From contig NW_002060946.1 in assembly GCF_000150275.1 (NCBI RefSeq), forward strand, positions 2,437,454 to 2,501,453: DNA of 64,000 nt, read 5' to 3'. Shown here piece by piece: positions 13,521 through 28,600 of this stretch; positions within the stretch are counted from its first letter, which is position 1, and each line of letters opens with the position of its first letter. Under the pieces are notes generated by a model. It did no database searches. It saw nothing but the letters and a program-made list of their open reading frames with translations, and was not told the DNA's origin. The stretch is from Trichoplax adhaerens. Taxonomy: Eukaryota; Animalia; Placozoa. The translations under genes were made by a program, and so were the position numbers.

Positions 13521-15989
13521 AAAATTTATTTGTACGCGTAAGCCGACATGGTCATCAGTGGAAAAATAACAACCAATTCAACTAATAGTGATAGCAAGAC
13601 TCGTTACACCCTTTCTTAAATAAGTTCAATTTAAGATTATGATTAATTTCCAACGGATATAAAATTCTTTCGCCTCAATTAAAATTTTACCCTTGCTCTT
13701 GAAGAAACTTGGAAACCGTGGTCAATAACATGCTGATGTTAAATTTCATCCATAGAATCGATGCAAACACCAAACCATTTAATAGACCATTTCAACTACA
13801 AAGTTGAGGCGATCGATATTGACGTCGATCAATTGCAAAGGTAGCAAGGTCTAATAACATTTTTATTCAAAAATCTCAATATGGTCACATTGGAAGCAAC
13901 TAGCCTGCCTAGCTTTAAAAAAAGTTATCCTACTGTTCTGTATGATGTCATAATATCTTTTTCATTCTATCCATATTATAAATAGCTAGAAAGACTATAT
14001 AACCTTGACGTCGATACCCGAAATAGAATATGAATTCAAATAAAGCTTTTTCTTCTCTTTCTTTTCTATTCTTTATTTTAAGTTGTACTTTACTCCATCT
14101 TGTTTATAGCTGTTTGTTAAAGTAATCAATCAGTAACGCCTTTATCCAATTCAACGTGCTATTCACTCTGAAAACTAAGATACAATTATTCTATCAATCT
14201 ATTTTTGCTCTCTATGATAACAATCAAAACTCGATCGATAGCATCGATTAAGAAATGCAGAAAAGCAGAAGGATGATGGCTAGATTTTTAACCTACAGCA
14301 CGTTGGATTTATTTCTAACATGAAAGAAATGGATTACAGGATGTAGAATTCTAGCGGTTTAGGTAACGATCGATGGGCAGGGATGGAAGTTTTATTTTTT
14401 CTTCTCTTTTCAACATCAATATCTAATCTTTGTATTGGGGATAACATAACAACAAGCGAAGGTTAAATAAATACCTTGATCATGCTGGATGGATCAGCGT
14501 TAATTCTCAGCGTCTGTAGTGGCTTAAGATAAATGAAGGTAGGAAAATGGTTAATCGTGGATATTATGATTCCAATAGGGCGATGACGCATTGAGAATGG
14601 AATTCCTTTCCTTTTTCTTTTCTCTCTCTCTATTTTTTTCTACCTCTCTCTCTCCTGCTATTTTTTGATTGATTGATGGACTATTTCTGTCTAGGCGATG
14701 TATTTTTGCATTAACATTTTCCTGATGACAATAATAATTTCTTATTTTTCAATCAATAAGATCGAAAGAAAATAGAGCAAGACGAAAATGGGATCGACTA
14801 TCTACAGGCTTTGTATTATCCTAACACGCTTAAAATTATGACATTGTATAGATAAAGAAGAAAGCAATAAGGGGAGAAAAAAGGCCAAAAACATTGACGA
14901 TGGTAATCATATTGTTAAATCAATTAATTATCTTGTTTCTTATTGATTATTCAATTCTGCTTTTTAATAGTATAAATTCAATCTTTTGATTTGATGACTT
15001 AGACATGATGATTACAATTTCAACAAAGGAATAGACTACCCGTAGAGAATTGTTATTCTACGGATGCAATCGATTATTCAAGTAGAAATCAATGCTATGA
15101 TTGAGAATATTTTGAATTTTTGTTTTTTTTCTTCTTATTTTAATTTGAATAATTTTCCCATATGATTTAATCATCTCAATTATAATACATGACAATGCAT
15201 TATAATCGATTTGTCATTGGATTCCCATATACACTAATCCAGAATAGTGTTGCCATTTTGGCTGGACATATGCGATATCTTGCTTAAGAATCGGGAGGGG
15301 GAAAAATAAGATTCACAGAGGCAGGATGGTACCAATAAGCTTGGCTACTCTCTATCAAGAGTGAGGGAAAGTTCTACTTAGGCAGATGGACTTATAGGAT
15401 ACAACAATAAAGAGAAAGTTGCTTTTATACAAATATCAGATTCGCTATTTCCTGTAAATAGAACAGAGATATCGCATACAGTTTGCCATGATGGAAAGCG
15501 TAATTTGCTTTATTTCAATTTGATCCTGAACGTTCAAAGCCATCATCACCTGTATTTAACCACATATTACGACAAAATAGAAGGTCGCTAAGTAAACTAC
15601 TTCCGGATCGATGCGGATCAATATTTATCTATCGTAATGGCATAAATAGAGTAACATAGCAAGGATATGTCTACGGGGATTGGTATGATAAAAATTATAA
15701 ATTAAATAGACCACTAGAGTTTATATCTAGATAAATTTAAAGCCATTGAGATTCCTCTTAAATTATTTAGAACGGCAACATTAGAAAGTGATTGAGTTAA
15801 TCTACTTTGACAATATCTGTAGGTCAATGTTTTTCTCAGTGATGATAGCATAATAAATAAGGGAGAAGTGTCCAGTAGAGGTACTAACCTAGAATGATAA
15901 TTTAATAGACAGGATTTGCAATCTAGACATCCTACTATTATAGAGATTCCACTTTGTTGGACGTTGACTTTATATAGGTTGTACCCGAT

Positions 15990-16920
15990 TAATTCTAAAT
16001 CATTTTTATCCTTTAATCATATAGCAAGGCAAAACAAAAGCTTCTTTTGATAAACAATTCCTGTACTGATGGCTGCTATAACATAGATTGTAGTTTCCCG
16101 CACATTTGTATAAGACTATATATAAATTATACTTGAATAACTCTAAAAAATTTTTATCCTTCTTCAATCCTATAGCAAGGCAAAATAAAAGATATTAGTG
16201 CTGAATTGCTATCAATACAAAGATAATTATTTCCTTTATGAGAAGTGCTGTAATGGAGATTATACAGCAATTAATTTGTTACGCATATACTATATGTATG
16301 TTGTGTTTAAAAAAACTAAATAATCATTATACTTTAATCATATAACAAGGCAAAATAGAAGATTATCGGTAAATTACTATTGATATAAAATAATTATTAT
16401 CCCGACATGACAGCCGTCACGATAGAGATTTTGTGGTAATTAATTTTTTGCACCAATACTAGCATGTAAATTACACCCGGATATTTACAAATAATTATTA
16501 TCTCTCTTCAATCATATAACATAGCTAAGAAGAAAATTTTTAAGTAAACTGCTATCGATGTAAAAGTAAGTGTTTCCAGCGATGATAGATAACGTAGCAA
16601 AGATAATAATTTTATTGCACATATGCGTATACTATCTATACTATAAATTATATAGAGAACACTTTATAAATAACCATCACCTTCTTTAGCCATAGCATGG
16701 CAATGTAGAAAATTATTAAGTAAACTACTATCGGTAATAAAATAAATAATTTTCTGTGATAGCAGTTAGTATTGTTATCCGTAATATGCTGCATGCATAC
16801 TCGGCCATCTCATAAAAGTGGAGTACAGATACCTCTAAATAATCATTATCCTTCTGCTATCGAATGGTATAGCATAGCAAAATAAAAGATTATCGAGTAC
16901 GCAACTACTGGAACTAAATT
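15990..16920. repeat. Degenerate tandem repeat, ~150-175-bp unit, about 6 copies
   Basis: aaataatcattatcct..aatcatatagcaaggcaaaataaaaga variants near 15997, 16145, 16318, 16489, 16668 and 16837. Confidence 0.72.
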
Positions 16921-19900
16921 AATACTTTTTCCACAATGATAGCCTATGCGTAAATATGTGTACTCTTTAGTCATAAAGTAGAGTTAAACTGGGAGAGTTA
17001 ATGAGCAAATGACTACTGATAAATGTACATCATTATTTTTCTGCAATGACAGCATAGAGTAAGAAAGATACACCCAGTTGGCTTACCGCGACAGAAATTA
17101 TAGTTTGATGTATTTGTACCTAAATTGTACTTATATAGCTTTAATTCTTGCCCTTCTCTTATCAGAGGTGTATGGCTAGATAGAGGTCTATAGACTATAA
17201 ATAAACTGTTACTGCTACAAGTAAATATTTTCTTGTGATATACGATATTATTAAATAATTGAAAAAATACCTAGGAAGATTAAAACCATACTTACCATAC
17301 TTATTATATTTATTTGTACATTGTCAAAGAATTATCCAATAAAATAGATATAACACTTATATAGCGTGACAGTATTAAAGGTTCTTAAGTAAGGTACTTT
17401 CGGTAGTGATCATGATGGTCCTTCCTTTTTTAATTTACGATAATACAAATTTGTCAGAGGTACTTGGGCTATTTACTACGATATCAGTCTCTGCGATGAC
17501 TCAATATATCTATTGAATACTAGTATCCATTTAAAAACAATGTCACTTTACTATGATATTACTACTAGGTAAACTCTATACTAATATTCGGTTGTATGAC
17601 GGCTCTATCAATTGATTAAGGGTTGGCCTACAAGAAAATAATTTTTCATGATGTAATAAATCTATAGCAACAATTTTTCTTCATATTGTGTAATGATGCT
17701 GTAAAACCTACGGTAAGTAAACTGCATTATGATGGCTGTCGCAATGGAAACTATAATATAAAGTAAACTCAGCAATACTTTCACGACTTTCAGCAACCTA
17801 TACTTCAGCGAAGTGAAATTATAATTTACCGGTATCTGGATACTCTATCCAAGCACTGGATAGTACAATTTAACTTAAACAATTTCAAGTGGTAAATATT
17901 CAATAAGGATTCTTTAACAAGTGAAGAGGGAGCCATTCGAACGAAACTTAATACAACATTTTTCTCAATTGATATAATTAAATCTGCATTATGGTCAGTA
18001 TTATTGAAATTGTCAATTGGCCTATCCTAATTGGCCTATCATACCTTCATTATGTAATACATATAATTTAAGCAGTTTTAAGTAATAATTTATCCCAATA
18101 ACGACTTCTCATACGTTAAAAGTAAGGGATAATTCTACTCAAATAGTTGTTGTGCAGGAAAGCTTTTGAACTGATCTTTTAATGTATACCTTCTCCAACA
18201 CTTATTGAGTACAATTTCAAAATTTAGTCAACTTTTAGTTATCAGTATCTCAATAGCATTCACCTAAACATATCAAAAGAGAAGGTACCTGAATCAGTAA
18301 TATTCAGTATACAGCATTAAAATTTTTCTCTCTGTAAAGAAATGCTTATTATGGTCAAGTAATTGTAATTTCAATAATAAGATTCATATACGTCGATAGT
18401 CCATGGCCAGGTTGAAAATTAAACGGAATTTTAATTTAATTTTCAATAGATAACGACAACATAATAGTTGTACCAATATTGTTTAAATTGTCATATAGTA
18501 ATAAATCTTTATTATTGGTAATGTTCGCTTATATTACACAATATTTGAAATAGGCAAACGTACACATGTTTCAATTTATTGTAACCTTTTTCGATGAAGC
18601 ATATATCTTTATTTTATTTAGTTTACTAAAAAAATTTCTATTCTGTTCTATTTTCAATAGCTTCAGTACCACATGTTCGTTCATCAATACCATGATTAAG
18701 AGGGAAATTTAATACCCATTAATTAGATGTAAATTATTCACATTTTTAATTTATATTGAAGATAGGCTATTTCTATTAACATTTTCTCTCTAGTGTATCT
18801 CATATGCGTATTATAATTTAAGACGAATTGATATAATAAATTAATCGATTATAATAATATATACAAACACGTATGTTATATGTATGTTATACATAAGTAC
18901 GTTGATATTTTTTTCCTTTGATGACAACCTTTATTCAAAAACTTACTTAATACTTTATTTGAACCGTATACTAAAAAGGTCGATAGACTGGGCAATCTTT
19001 CTAATTGCAAACCCAGCCAATTCATAAATTTTATTTATTTGCAGATAAATTTTTGGCATTGTAATACGCTATACAATATACGTGAATTTCTAAACATATG
19101 CTCTTTTAGCGTCTCTTATTACTAAATTGAATAAAATTCGGCTTGGCAATATCTATAAATTTTTATTGATTTGACTAGTGATATTCAGCGGGCAGCCTTT
19201 AATTTAATTAACAACATCACGTTATCGGATTACTGTACATTCCATAAAGTAGGGCCAAATAGGAATTAATTTAAGCCGTATTTTTCTCGTTCGGTAGTGT
19301 AAGTTAAAGCTAGACCAAATATAGGCAATATAATTTCGTAGATACTGTTTCCAAGCTACCCATATACAGGTCAATTTTGGGTAGTCTATACAATGAAATT
19401 CATAGAAAATTCTTCAGCTTATACTAGTGGATTAATAATGAGAAGTAACATTCCTAGATTGCAGTACAACATGAAATAAAATTCGTTATTTCCTTTTGCT
19501 TAACTATAAAAATTACCTATTGTCAAGCGATAGGTAATCATGGATATCAGGAATAAAACTACAAATTTCGATTGTCTTTGGTGATTGCGCATATGATCAA
19601 GGAATAATTTTTGTTAATCTGTAATAATGATAGCCAAATTCGATCAAGCTTGTAGCTAATTCTTCCTCTTTTACTTACACATTAACAAAATAAAATAATA
19701 AACAGAAGTAATTGCATATTATATGCGACGAAATTTACTGATTTTTTTATACAGAAATCACAAATTGTATTGTACAATAATATCAGCAATTAAGGATATT
19801 AATGTGAGCATATACAAACTTTTAGTAATCTACTTGCCTAATACTGACTGCGAAGATGAATCGAATTTGTAACTATTTCTTCACCAATTCTTCACTCACA

Positions 19901-21760
19901 AGGATTGATATGAAGGAATAGCACATAGAAATTTTAAGGATACGAGATAAGAAAAGATTGTTAGGTGATGTGAGTAGAAAATTTCATGGTATCAACCTAT
20001 TATCATGTATATCCTACTTTTGATTTTGTGATGAAATGAATTTGTCAGAGGAAACTTGTCTATTCTTTACATTGTTGTACTGCCCAAGACCAGATACTGT
20101 ATATGATTTAAGGGCCTATACTGTAAAAATGATTTTCACAGTTGGTCATGGTATATTCTGTTTAACCATTTCCTAATTGCACATGACACCTTACAAGGTG
20201 AAATTGCAATTTATCATTCGTAAATAATCTGGGAGCGAATTTTTATACCGATTTTAAGTATTTATAGAATTTTGGAATAGTATTTACCAATTTACGTCAA
20301 GTATTTATTAAACGGTATATTAACTATCCTCCATACTACGCGTATTAACATCAAATATGACCTTCTTAAGTGTAAAAATGACTTTAGAATAAAATTACAA
20401 GAACAAATCAATGCTATTACCTCTAACTTGCATCCGACCCTGTTTAAAATGTTATTCAATTGTGTAATCAGAGCTGATTAAATTTTAATACAATTTACGT
20501 ATGCAAGTTACTCAGTACGGATTAAAACTCCATTTACCTAATTTTAAGATAAAAATCGACCAACTTACTCGTACGTGTAATATTTATTAATCCATCGGCA
20601 ATTTGCTTATTCTTCGTACCAATGTCAAGTGTCAACGATGTTAGAAGTACTGTAAATTAGACTCTTGTTGGAGTATAAATTATTATTTGCGTATATCGCT
20701 CTACAGTTGACTCTGTTCAGAGGTTTTAATTGTACGCTAGGAATAATTAGGGTACTGTTCAAGCAGCACAAGTGCGTATTTTAATCTACCCTATGTGTGT
20801 GTTAACTGCACATCGACGAGTAGGAGGCCTGCTCCTTAGATGGTACAATATTTCTGTCAGTACAACTTTTCAATACTATTTTGTAACTTAGCTCAGGCTC
20901 AATCTCAAGTTCTTAATCACTCTAGCATAGGAAATAATTATAATAAGATTTGTTGCGAAACTCTACGGCACTACAGTTCACAATTTTAGTGGTCGCTGTC
21001 CCAGATAATATCGATACTATTCGTAATAATTATAACAAGGATAACATTCAATCAACATTTAAAATTTATTTATTTATTCAATGTTGATTTTAACGTGAGT
21101 ACATGTATGTAATTCATACCAGGCCAAAAAGCATTGTTAATACCAATACATACGTGAATAGAAAATTAACTGTAACGTATGTTATTAAAATTTAAATTTA
21201 AATACCAAAGACTTGTCGAAGAAGAACCATTAGAAAAACACCATACTAACAGGACTAAAGCAGTCCAAACTATTGTCGGACACGTAATTGACGTCAATGT
21301 GTATCCCATAGCAGTATGGTTAGGCCATAATATTGATTTTCACTATATTCTTCAATGGTGGAATAGCTTACGAGTTAAGTTAGAAATTACAAAATTGATT
21401 GATGTTGTTATGATATGTAATATATGAGCAAGTATATGATAGATATAATACATCATAATGAAGAAAAAAATTCATTTTTTTTTATCGTTGATCGCCTTTT
21501 TTCGTGTAGCATAGTCATACGAATATTTTATTAGTAATATAATTTCTTAATAGTAGATAGAGCTGGGTTCTGGCCACCTATCATAAATTCTTATTACTTT
21601 ATCATTATTTCTATATGTGAACCGATATCAAATCGTAACTAGTTAAAATAATCACTTATTACAAATATCTTTCACCAAGTAGTATTTTTACCAATGTATG
21701 ATAACCAATCCTCGCTAATATGTTTCGAAATTAGCTTCAATGAATGTCTATCATAGCCAT

Positions 21761-24700
21761 TTAACTGGTTGATGGTATAACAGTTGAATTAAATATCGCA
21801 GTCGTAATATCCGTAGCATTCGTAGCATTAACGAATCCTTGGTTAATAGACACAGCAGGAACGTAAAACATGCCTAAAATCATTAACAAGTAAATTTAAC
21901 CGGACAATCATTACGTATTTTAACGATTACTATTTGTAATTTATGCCTGATATGTTGTCTTGCATTGCAATATATCGCTATCAACTACTGCAATTTTAGT
22001 GTTAAAGATATCCTAAATCTTAATAGTAACTTTAATGCAGATAGTTTTACCTGCTAAACAAGCTGTCATAAAACAAGCAACAGTACCAGAGCATAGAGCT
22101 CTGAAAGCAATACTAGCCAAGTCACCCTTCCGTTCAGGCGCCATTGGAGATAAACCACCAATTTGGATACCAATTGACGAAAAATTAGCAAAACCACATA
22201 GAGCATATGCAGAAATGACTTCAGAGCGAACCTGTATTCCAAAATCAATTATATAAAGTAAAAGTAACAATATTATAAATTTAAAATTTTATCATGTAAA
22301 AAAGGAATCCAGTCTTTTAAAATCAGTTACAAATATATTTTAAAATATACACACGAAATAGACAAATACTTCTTTACTTCTGTGTGCATACATACATACA
22401 TGTACATATGTATATAAAAAATCACGTTTATATAAGGTTTCTTATATAATATTTTAAATTAGAATAAATTCATATTTTTCCCCTACGGTTAACGCTACAC
22501 AATGATACAAGCTAATCCTTATTAACTTTACTAAAAAAGAATGTGTGATTCTAATGGTATAACCTATAATTTTAAATATTAGAACTATAGTATAGTAAAA
22601 TTGTGATATACTGTAGACCTAGTCGTCAAGAATACAAAAGATACGATAATATTGCCGCAACTGAATGATTATTATATCACATTATTTTCTTGTAGTTCAC
22701 AACAAGTATTTAGAATTATATTATTATTAGAACATAGCCCTAGATAGAAATAATGAAACTCACAGAAATGACTGGATTGCCAGCAATTCGTGCGTTTATC
22801 CATTTAGATAGTGTAATATAAGCAACGAATTCATTGGCTACGGTTTTTTCGGCAAGAAGTAGACCAACATTAAAAGCGTCCTTATATTCAATACCCAGTA
22901 GCAAGGCCAACGGTGTAAATAAGTATGAGCATATCAACTATACAATTTAGATTAAACGGAGATTATAACATTAGCATAGATTCTTTCTAGACAAGAATAA
23001 GATATCGCTAAAGTAATATCTAATTTTTGAAGAAAATATATCTACTTTCGATATAAAAATTTGATTTAACTTACCCTAAAACTCAATAAAGGATAATTGA
23101 CAAGACTACCAAAATAACCCAACAAACCATCAAGGAAATTCAAGAGAGCCGTGAAAACAATTAAATTAGCGGCAATATTTGCTACTAGTGGTACAGCAGT
23201 AGATGCACCATTAGATAAAGCCTCGAAGAAGTTGGTTTCAGTGCTATGAGATGATAATAAAGAGCATAAAAAATATAGTTAATTTCCTCTTTAAAATTAA
23301 AAATTTTTTAAAAGCGATTTTTTAGATTTTACTAACGTGCGAATACAATAAAATAACGAGTAAATTATACGAACGTAAAATTCGATGTCAAAATTGAAAT
23401 GGCAGCCACTATATTATTTTACCCTCTTTCCAATTTAATATCCTCAACATCATATTCTTCGTCCTTTTCTGTCTCTGGATAAACTAACTTTGCAACAGCC
23501 AAAGCAGCAGGCGCAGACATAAAAGAAGCAGTTAAAAGATGAGTTGCCGGGACGCCTAAGCCAATATATGCTCCTAACACACTACCAGCGATGGTAGCGA
23601 AACCACCAGTCATAACCGCATGAAGTTCCGATTTAGTCATTTTAGCAAGGAATGGTCGCACCAATAGTGGAGCTTCAGTCTATTTAAATCGTTAATATCA
23701 GAAACTTTAGTGTTGTTATAATTCTTCATAGAATTTAATTTGTGTATATCTACTGTTATACAATGCGTATACTATTTTAGCATACAGTATATGCTCGTAA
23801 TTTGCTAACTTACCTGTCCAACAAAGATATTACCAGCTGCATTTAGTGATTCTGTTGGTGATGTTTTCATAGAAATTTGCATCATACGAGAAATAACTTT
23901 AATAACAACTTGCATTACACCGATATAGTATAAGAAGGAAATTACGGCACTAAAGAAAATAACCAATGGCAAAACCTAGTAAAAAAAAATAATTGCAAGT
24001 TAATTTATGATTTACTATTAACAATATCTTACAATTAGTTTTCATAGTGATAATATAAATATTACATAGTACTACATAGGTACAGAATTAGTTAAAATAG
24101 ATGTGGCTATAGTTACTATCACATAATAAATAATACAACAACTATTAAAAGTAGATTAATATAGTACCTTAAAAGCAAAGAAATGATTTGTATACAAATC
24201 GCCAAAAACAAATTTTGAACCAGAGTCGGTAAAATTTAAAAAGGTAGTAATTAAATTTCCAAGGAATTGGAAAACTTGGAAACCAACTGTCGTACGCAAA
24301 ATCAGTAGACCCATAATAAATTGAATAATAAATCCAACAATAACTGGACGCCATCTAACCTATTAAAATTAACAATATTTATTATTATATAAACATGTAT
24401 ATGAAAGATTATTTTAAATTTTAATTCTGTCTACTGTATCTCTAAAGTAGTAACAATTCGTATAACGCACGTATAGCTATAACTGATAGTTAATTGTATT
24501 TTTCTTACAAGTCTACATCTTAACTTACTTGAGATCGATGTTTAGAAAATATCCAACATATCAATAAGTAAACAAGCAAACCACCAAACGATGCAAACCG
24601 ATATGGTATGATTGGCTGATCAAGAACCAAGAATAAGACAACTAATCCCAGCAAAACTAGAATGACGACCCTAATCGAAATGATGCCAAAAGAAAAAATT

Positions 24701-25676
24701 TAGAATTTTCACATTAAGTACCTTTATGGTATAGAATGATAAGTTTGTACAATATTTAATTGGTATCTATATCGATATACGTATATATAATAATATATAG
24801 TATACGAACCATTTTAAGTAGCGTTGGTGTTTACCATAAAAATAACTGATCGGATTTAAAACAAATTTCCACAAAGTTGGAGAAACGTAAGGCCACACAT
24901 AAGAAAAGACAACCAATCCCAGAATCACCATAGTAATGATAAACAATGTCTTGGCTCTTTCAAAGTTGATCGTACAAGCAAATACTAAGAAGACCACATA
25001 GCCTGCCAATAGAGCGATTAGGAAAATCCTTAAAGAAATTTTTCTGATATCAGCTTTATTTTCCTCCATCCATCTTAAATATTTTGCATTCCAAGCGTCA
25101 TTGTCGATTTTTGCAGCCTTTGTTGCATCAGGATCAGGATTTGAATTTAATAAATTTCTGTTATCATTTTCAACGATAACTGAAATTTCATTTTGCTAAT
25201 TGAAGATTCAAGAAATGAAATATTTCAATTTTAAGTAATAAAAATGGAAGGTGAAAAAATGTTAAAAATTGGTTTAAGCATGTACAATTTTATTTGACGA
25301 TAGTAGTACTCAATGTACTTACAGAAATAAATACTTTTATTACTCGTTAAATTACTAAGGAGGAACATTGCAGAAAGATGTTCGATACTACTATTCTACA
25401 ATCTATCATTACTACATTTTAATTTTTGTAGCCGTGGCTGAAAAACAAATTTCAACTTTTTTAAATATCTGTCTTCTAAATACCGACAAATGGTACAGAC
25501 AGTAAATACGATCAAGGCTCTTGTATTTATTAAATATTTACCTGTACATGAGAATGGCCATTATTAGACGTGTTTGAAGTTGGAGATTTAGACGTGTATG
25601 GAATTGGAGATTTAGACGTAGCAATCTCTCCAACTTCAGTATCGTCGAATCTTGTTATCATTTCCACATCTGCCAT
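21761..25676 (-). CDS. SLC28A3: Concentrative Na+/nucleoside cotransporter (SLC28 family) paralogue A, 636 aa. Exons 25676-25542, 25195-24810, 24670-24529, 24359-24168, 23975-23814, 23679-23423, 23243-23075, 22937-22764, 22231-22051, 21873-21761
   Basis: Family motifs [77 protein letters not shown]. All introns are GT-AG and the exons sum to 1911 nt in frame. The symbol means CNT3-like, not one-to-one orthology. Confidence 0.95.
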
Positions 25677-28600
25677 TGCTTCAATATGGACTACACGTAC
25701 AAGTAAAGAAAGAATAATATTCACATCAGATTGTATAAATAACCATGTTCTCAACCTCAAAAAAATTATTAGGAATAGAAGAACTGTGAAATCTATTGAT
25801 ATCATTCTCTTACTATGAAACAATTCAATAAAACCAAAAACATATCTGTAAAAATAGTCATTCAGTTGCATTAATTGTATTAAAATTATAAGTTATTATT
25901 ATACTGTCATGATTAAAAAAATTTATCGCTATCTATCTTTACCGAGAATTTGTGAAAAACGGTACGACGTATACGTACTTATATATTGTAATATTTTATG
26001 TTGACAACACTATAAATACGTTACAAGATACGAATTTTACACCATGCCAGTAATAAAGTGATCGTCTCGGTGGCCCATAAACATATATTAACTTATATAG
26101 TGTTATGTCTACTTAGATAGTGTTTATGGTCATAGAGAAGCAATTGATTGTGATTGCAATTTAACATTCGTCGTATCACGTACAATTTATTAAATTACTT
26201 TGTTTTTTGATTCTTCATTTCAACAATGACTTCGGTTTTAAATTAATTTCTCTATTAAGCTAAGATTAATATCTAAAAAGACTGTATCACTATGAATACG
26301 AATAGCTGTTGGCAATATCCATCAATGTTAATCGTTGATAGGTAAAAACACTCTATATCTCGGAAACTTTAATTCTTTTATAGTATAGAATACTATCATG
26401 GTTAACAGTATAAGTGAGGATAAAAATAGAATAAAATCTGATTGCAATATCTTTTGGAGGACATGGTTAAACAAATGCAATCATGAATCAAGTCTTTTAA
26501 TTCTATCTAGATATGGTTTATATCATTATCGTTAATATACAATCGTAAGACATAAAATAGAAAGAATTAAATCCCCCCCCAAAGAAATTTATAGTTTTAG
26601 TTTTGCAAAAAGTAACAAATTGACTCGTCGTTCTCCTGGACATGGTACAGTATACAGTGTCATTTTTGTATACTTTATTACTACCGTATAACTTTCATTG
26701 TTGTTACTATTCTGGTCTATGTTGAAAATTGTTATTCCAATTAATTACAAACAGAATCAATTTAGATAAAATCTCTATTTTACTATACTTTGCAAAGTTC
26801 ATTTTATTATTGTATTAAAGGAAATTTTGATCATGTAAATCATTTACAGTCCAGGATCATTTATTCCAAGAAATTGGATCGGTATCCATTCTATGTCGAA
26901 TGTATCAGAATGTGTTCTGCACGAGTGTATATCTTTAAATTTATTTTCTGATATATTGTTTTATTTGAAAAAATTGTTTTTAAGTGACGATTTCTTTCGA
27001 TATCATACAGGAATGTAACATGTTAATATTAATTATCGAAATTACTAAAAGAGAAAATTAATCCAGGTTGGTCCTGATAAAGGGGGGGGGTATAACATTC
27101 ATGAATTTTTTTCACTCGTTACCGTGCGATCCGCTACGACGCGGTTATACTGTCCAACTCTAGCAACATCGATCGTATATAAAAAAAATTGATCCTATCG
27201 AGATATGCTGCTTTATGAGCTATGTAGAAGTAAAAAATTAAATTAAAACTGATCTAAACAGAACTTGATAACTTGCCAACTTGGATTATCTAAGATAAGA
27301 TTATGCCCGTTGATAAAATAAAAAATTAAAATCTCTCTCTCTATATATATACACAAAGAATTGTATTTGTTTACTCAAACCAAGATTACCTTTCCTGTGA
27401 TAAGTTGGGAACTTGGTTGTATTTCAAAGAGTTGTCGTCGACGTACAATTTTGTCAAGGTAATTGGATGAAAGACGGAAATAATGATGACTAATTACTGG
27501 TCAGAACAATTTAGCAGAGACTACAAGTTAATCTTGTATGACGATAAGTTCAATTGAGAAGGGAAATAGTCCCTTTCTAGATCAATATTGGCGGGCAAAT
27601 TAGAAAATACAGAGGTCAATTGCCGATAGGCTTCAATGGACTAGGTTGATGTTATTGCTATTTGTTAATCACTTTAGCGCCTTTTTTCTGGATTCTTTCC
27701 TTTTTAGATATCATCCACAGACTTTTTCAAGTTGTCATAGTCTTCAATGTCTGTTCTACTTGAATAGAGACGAGAGAGAAATAGTACGATTGGACTGTAT
27801 TATCAATTACTCTAACTATTCTTCTTCTCATCAACATGTTTCTTTCTAAATTCTTCAATTTGTCCGTATCCGGTCAATAATAGAGCGATCGTAATTGGTC
27901 TTGTTTCTACAAAACTAATTCAATAGAGACAATAGGATCGACTGCATCAATGCTTAAGCAATGACAACAATAGCGGATAAGTAATACTATTGAAAAATGA
28001 ACTTTTATCATGTTGCCATGGAGTAGATCGCAACCAGATGGAGCCTTAGATAGTTGACGTATTATCTAGTTTGAAACGTCACATGAGTCACATCATTGTG
28101 ATTGTCTTTGATTTCATACGCGATGTTTCTATTGTCTAAAAATTGACTTTCCTCAGGACGTACACCTATCCAAACAATTAGCACGACAACGCCCAGATTG
28201 GGGATTGGCTGTTTTCATTGTAGTAAGCATCATCACGTGAAGCGGTTTGGGTGAGTCAATAAAAGCAAAGCATGGTCTAGCGGTATACTGCAGTATACTG
28301 ACTGTACCAGTGGTTCGAGGGTATTTCTATATCCGACACATTCCATCACTGGAGTTGTACTGTACAGTATGACACTTCTACTGTACTCTACGGCACAAAA
28401 CGGTGTCCCTCGCACGGTTGTGGTTACAGGTAAATGACTACCGTGGCGGAAGCGCGCTTTCTTCTTGTTGACAAGAATCTGACGGACATAGTCTCCTGAC
28501 ACCCACGTCGAGCAACAGAGGCAAAAAATAATAAAATAATATCCTTGGCTATATATCGCCCAGAGATGGGAGTTATTTGTCTGCTATAAGCAGTAAAATA

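Noticed and set aside
22035-22256. Antisense ORFs recurring opposite CNT exons (also 32466-32669 and 51043-51270)
   Set aside because: They are shadows of the conserved sense coding exon, with no independent evidence.
25677-25871. N-terminal extension of CNT-A suggested by ORF 25530-25871
   Set aside because: An acceptor at 25691 and AT-rich intron-like sequence upstream point to ATG 25676 as the start.
26565-27096. Transposon bounded by C-run and G-run inverted termini
   Set aside because: Similarity is limited to the homopolymers; no convincing TIR extension, TSD or transposase remnant.
28265-28335. Intact tRNA gene
   Set aside because: A-box and partial B-box are present, but their spacing is short and no acceptor stem or T-stem can be formed.
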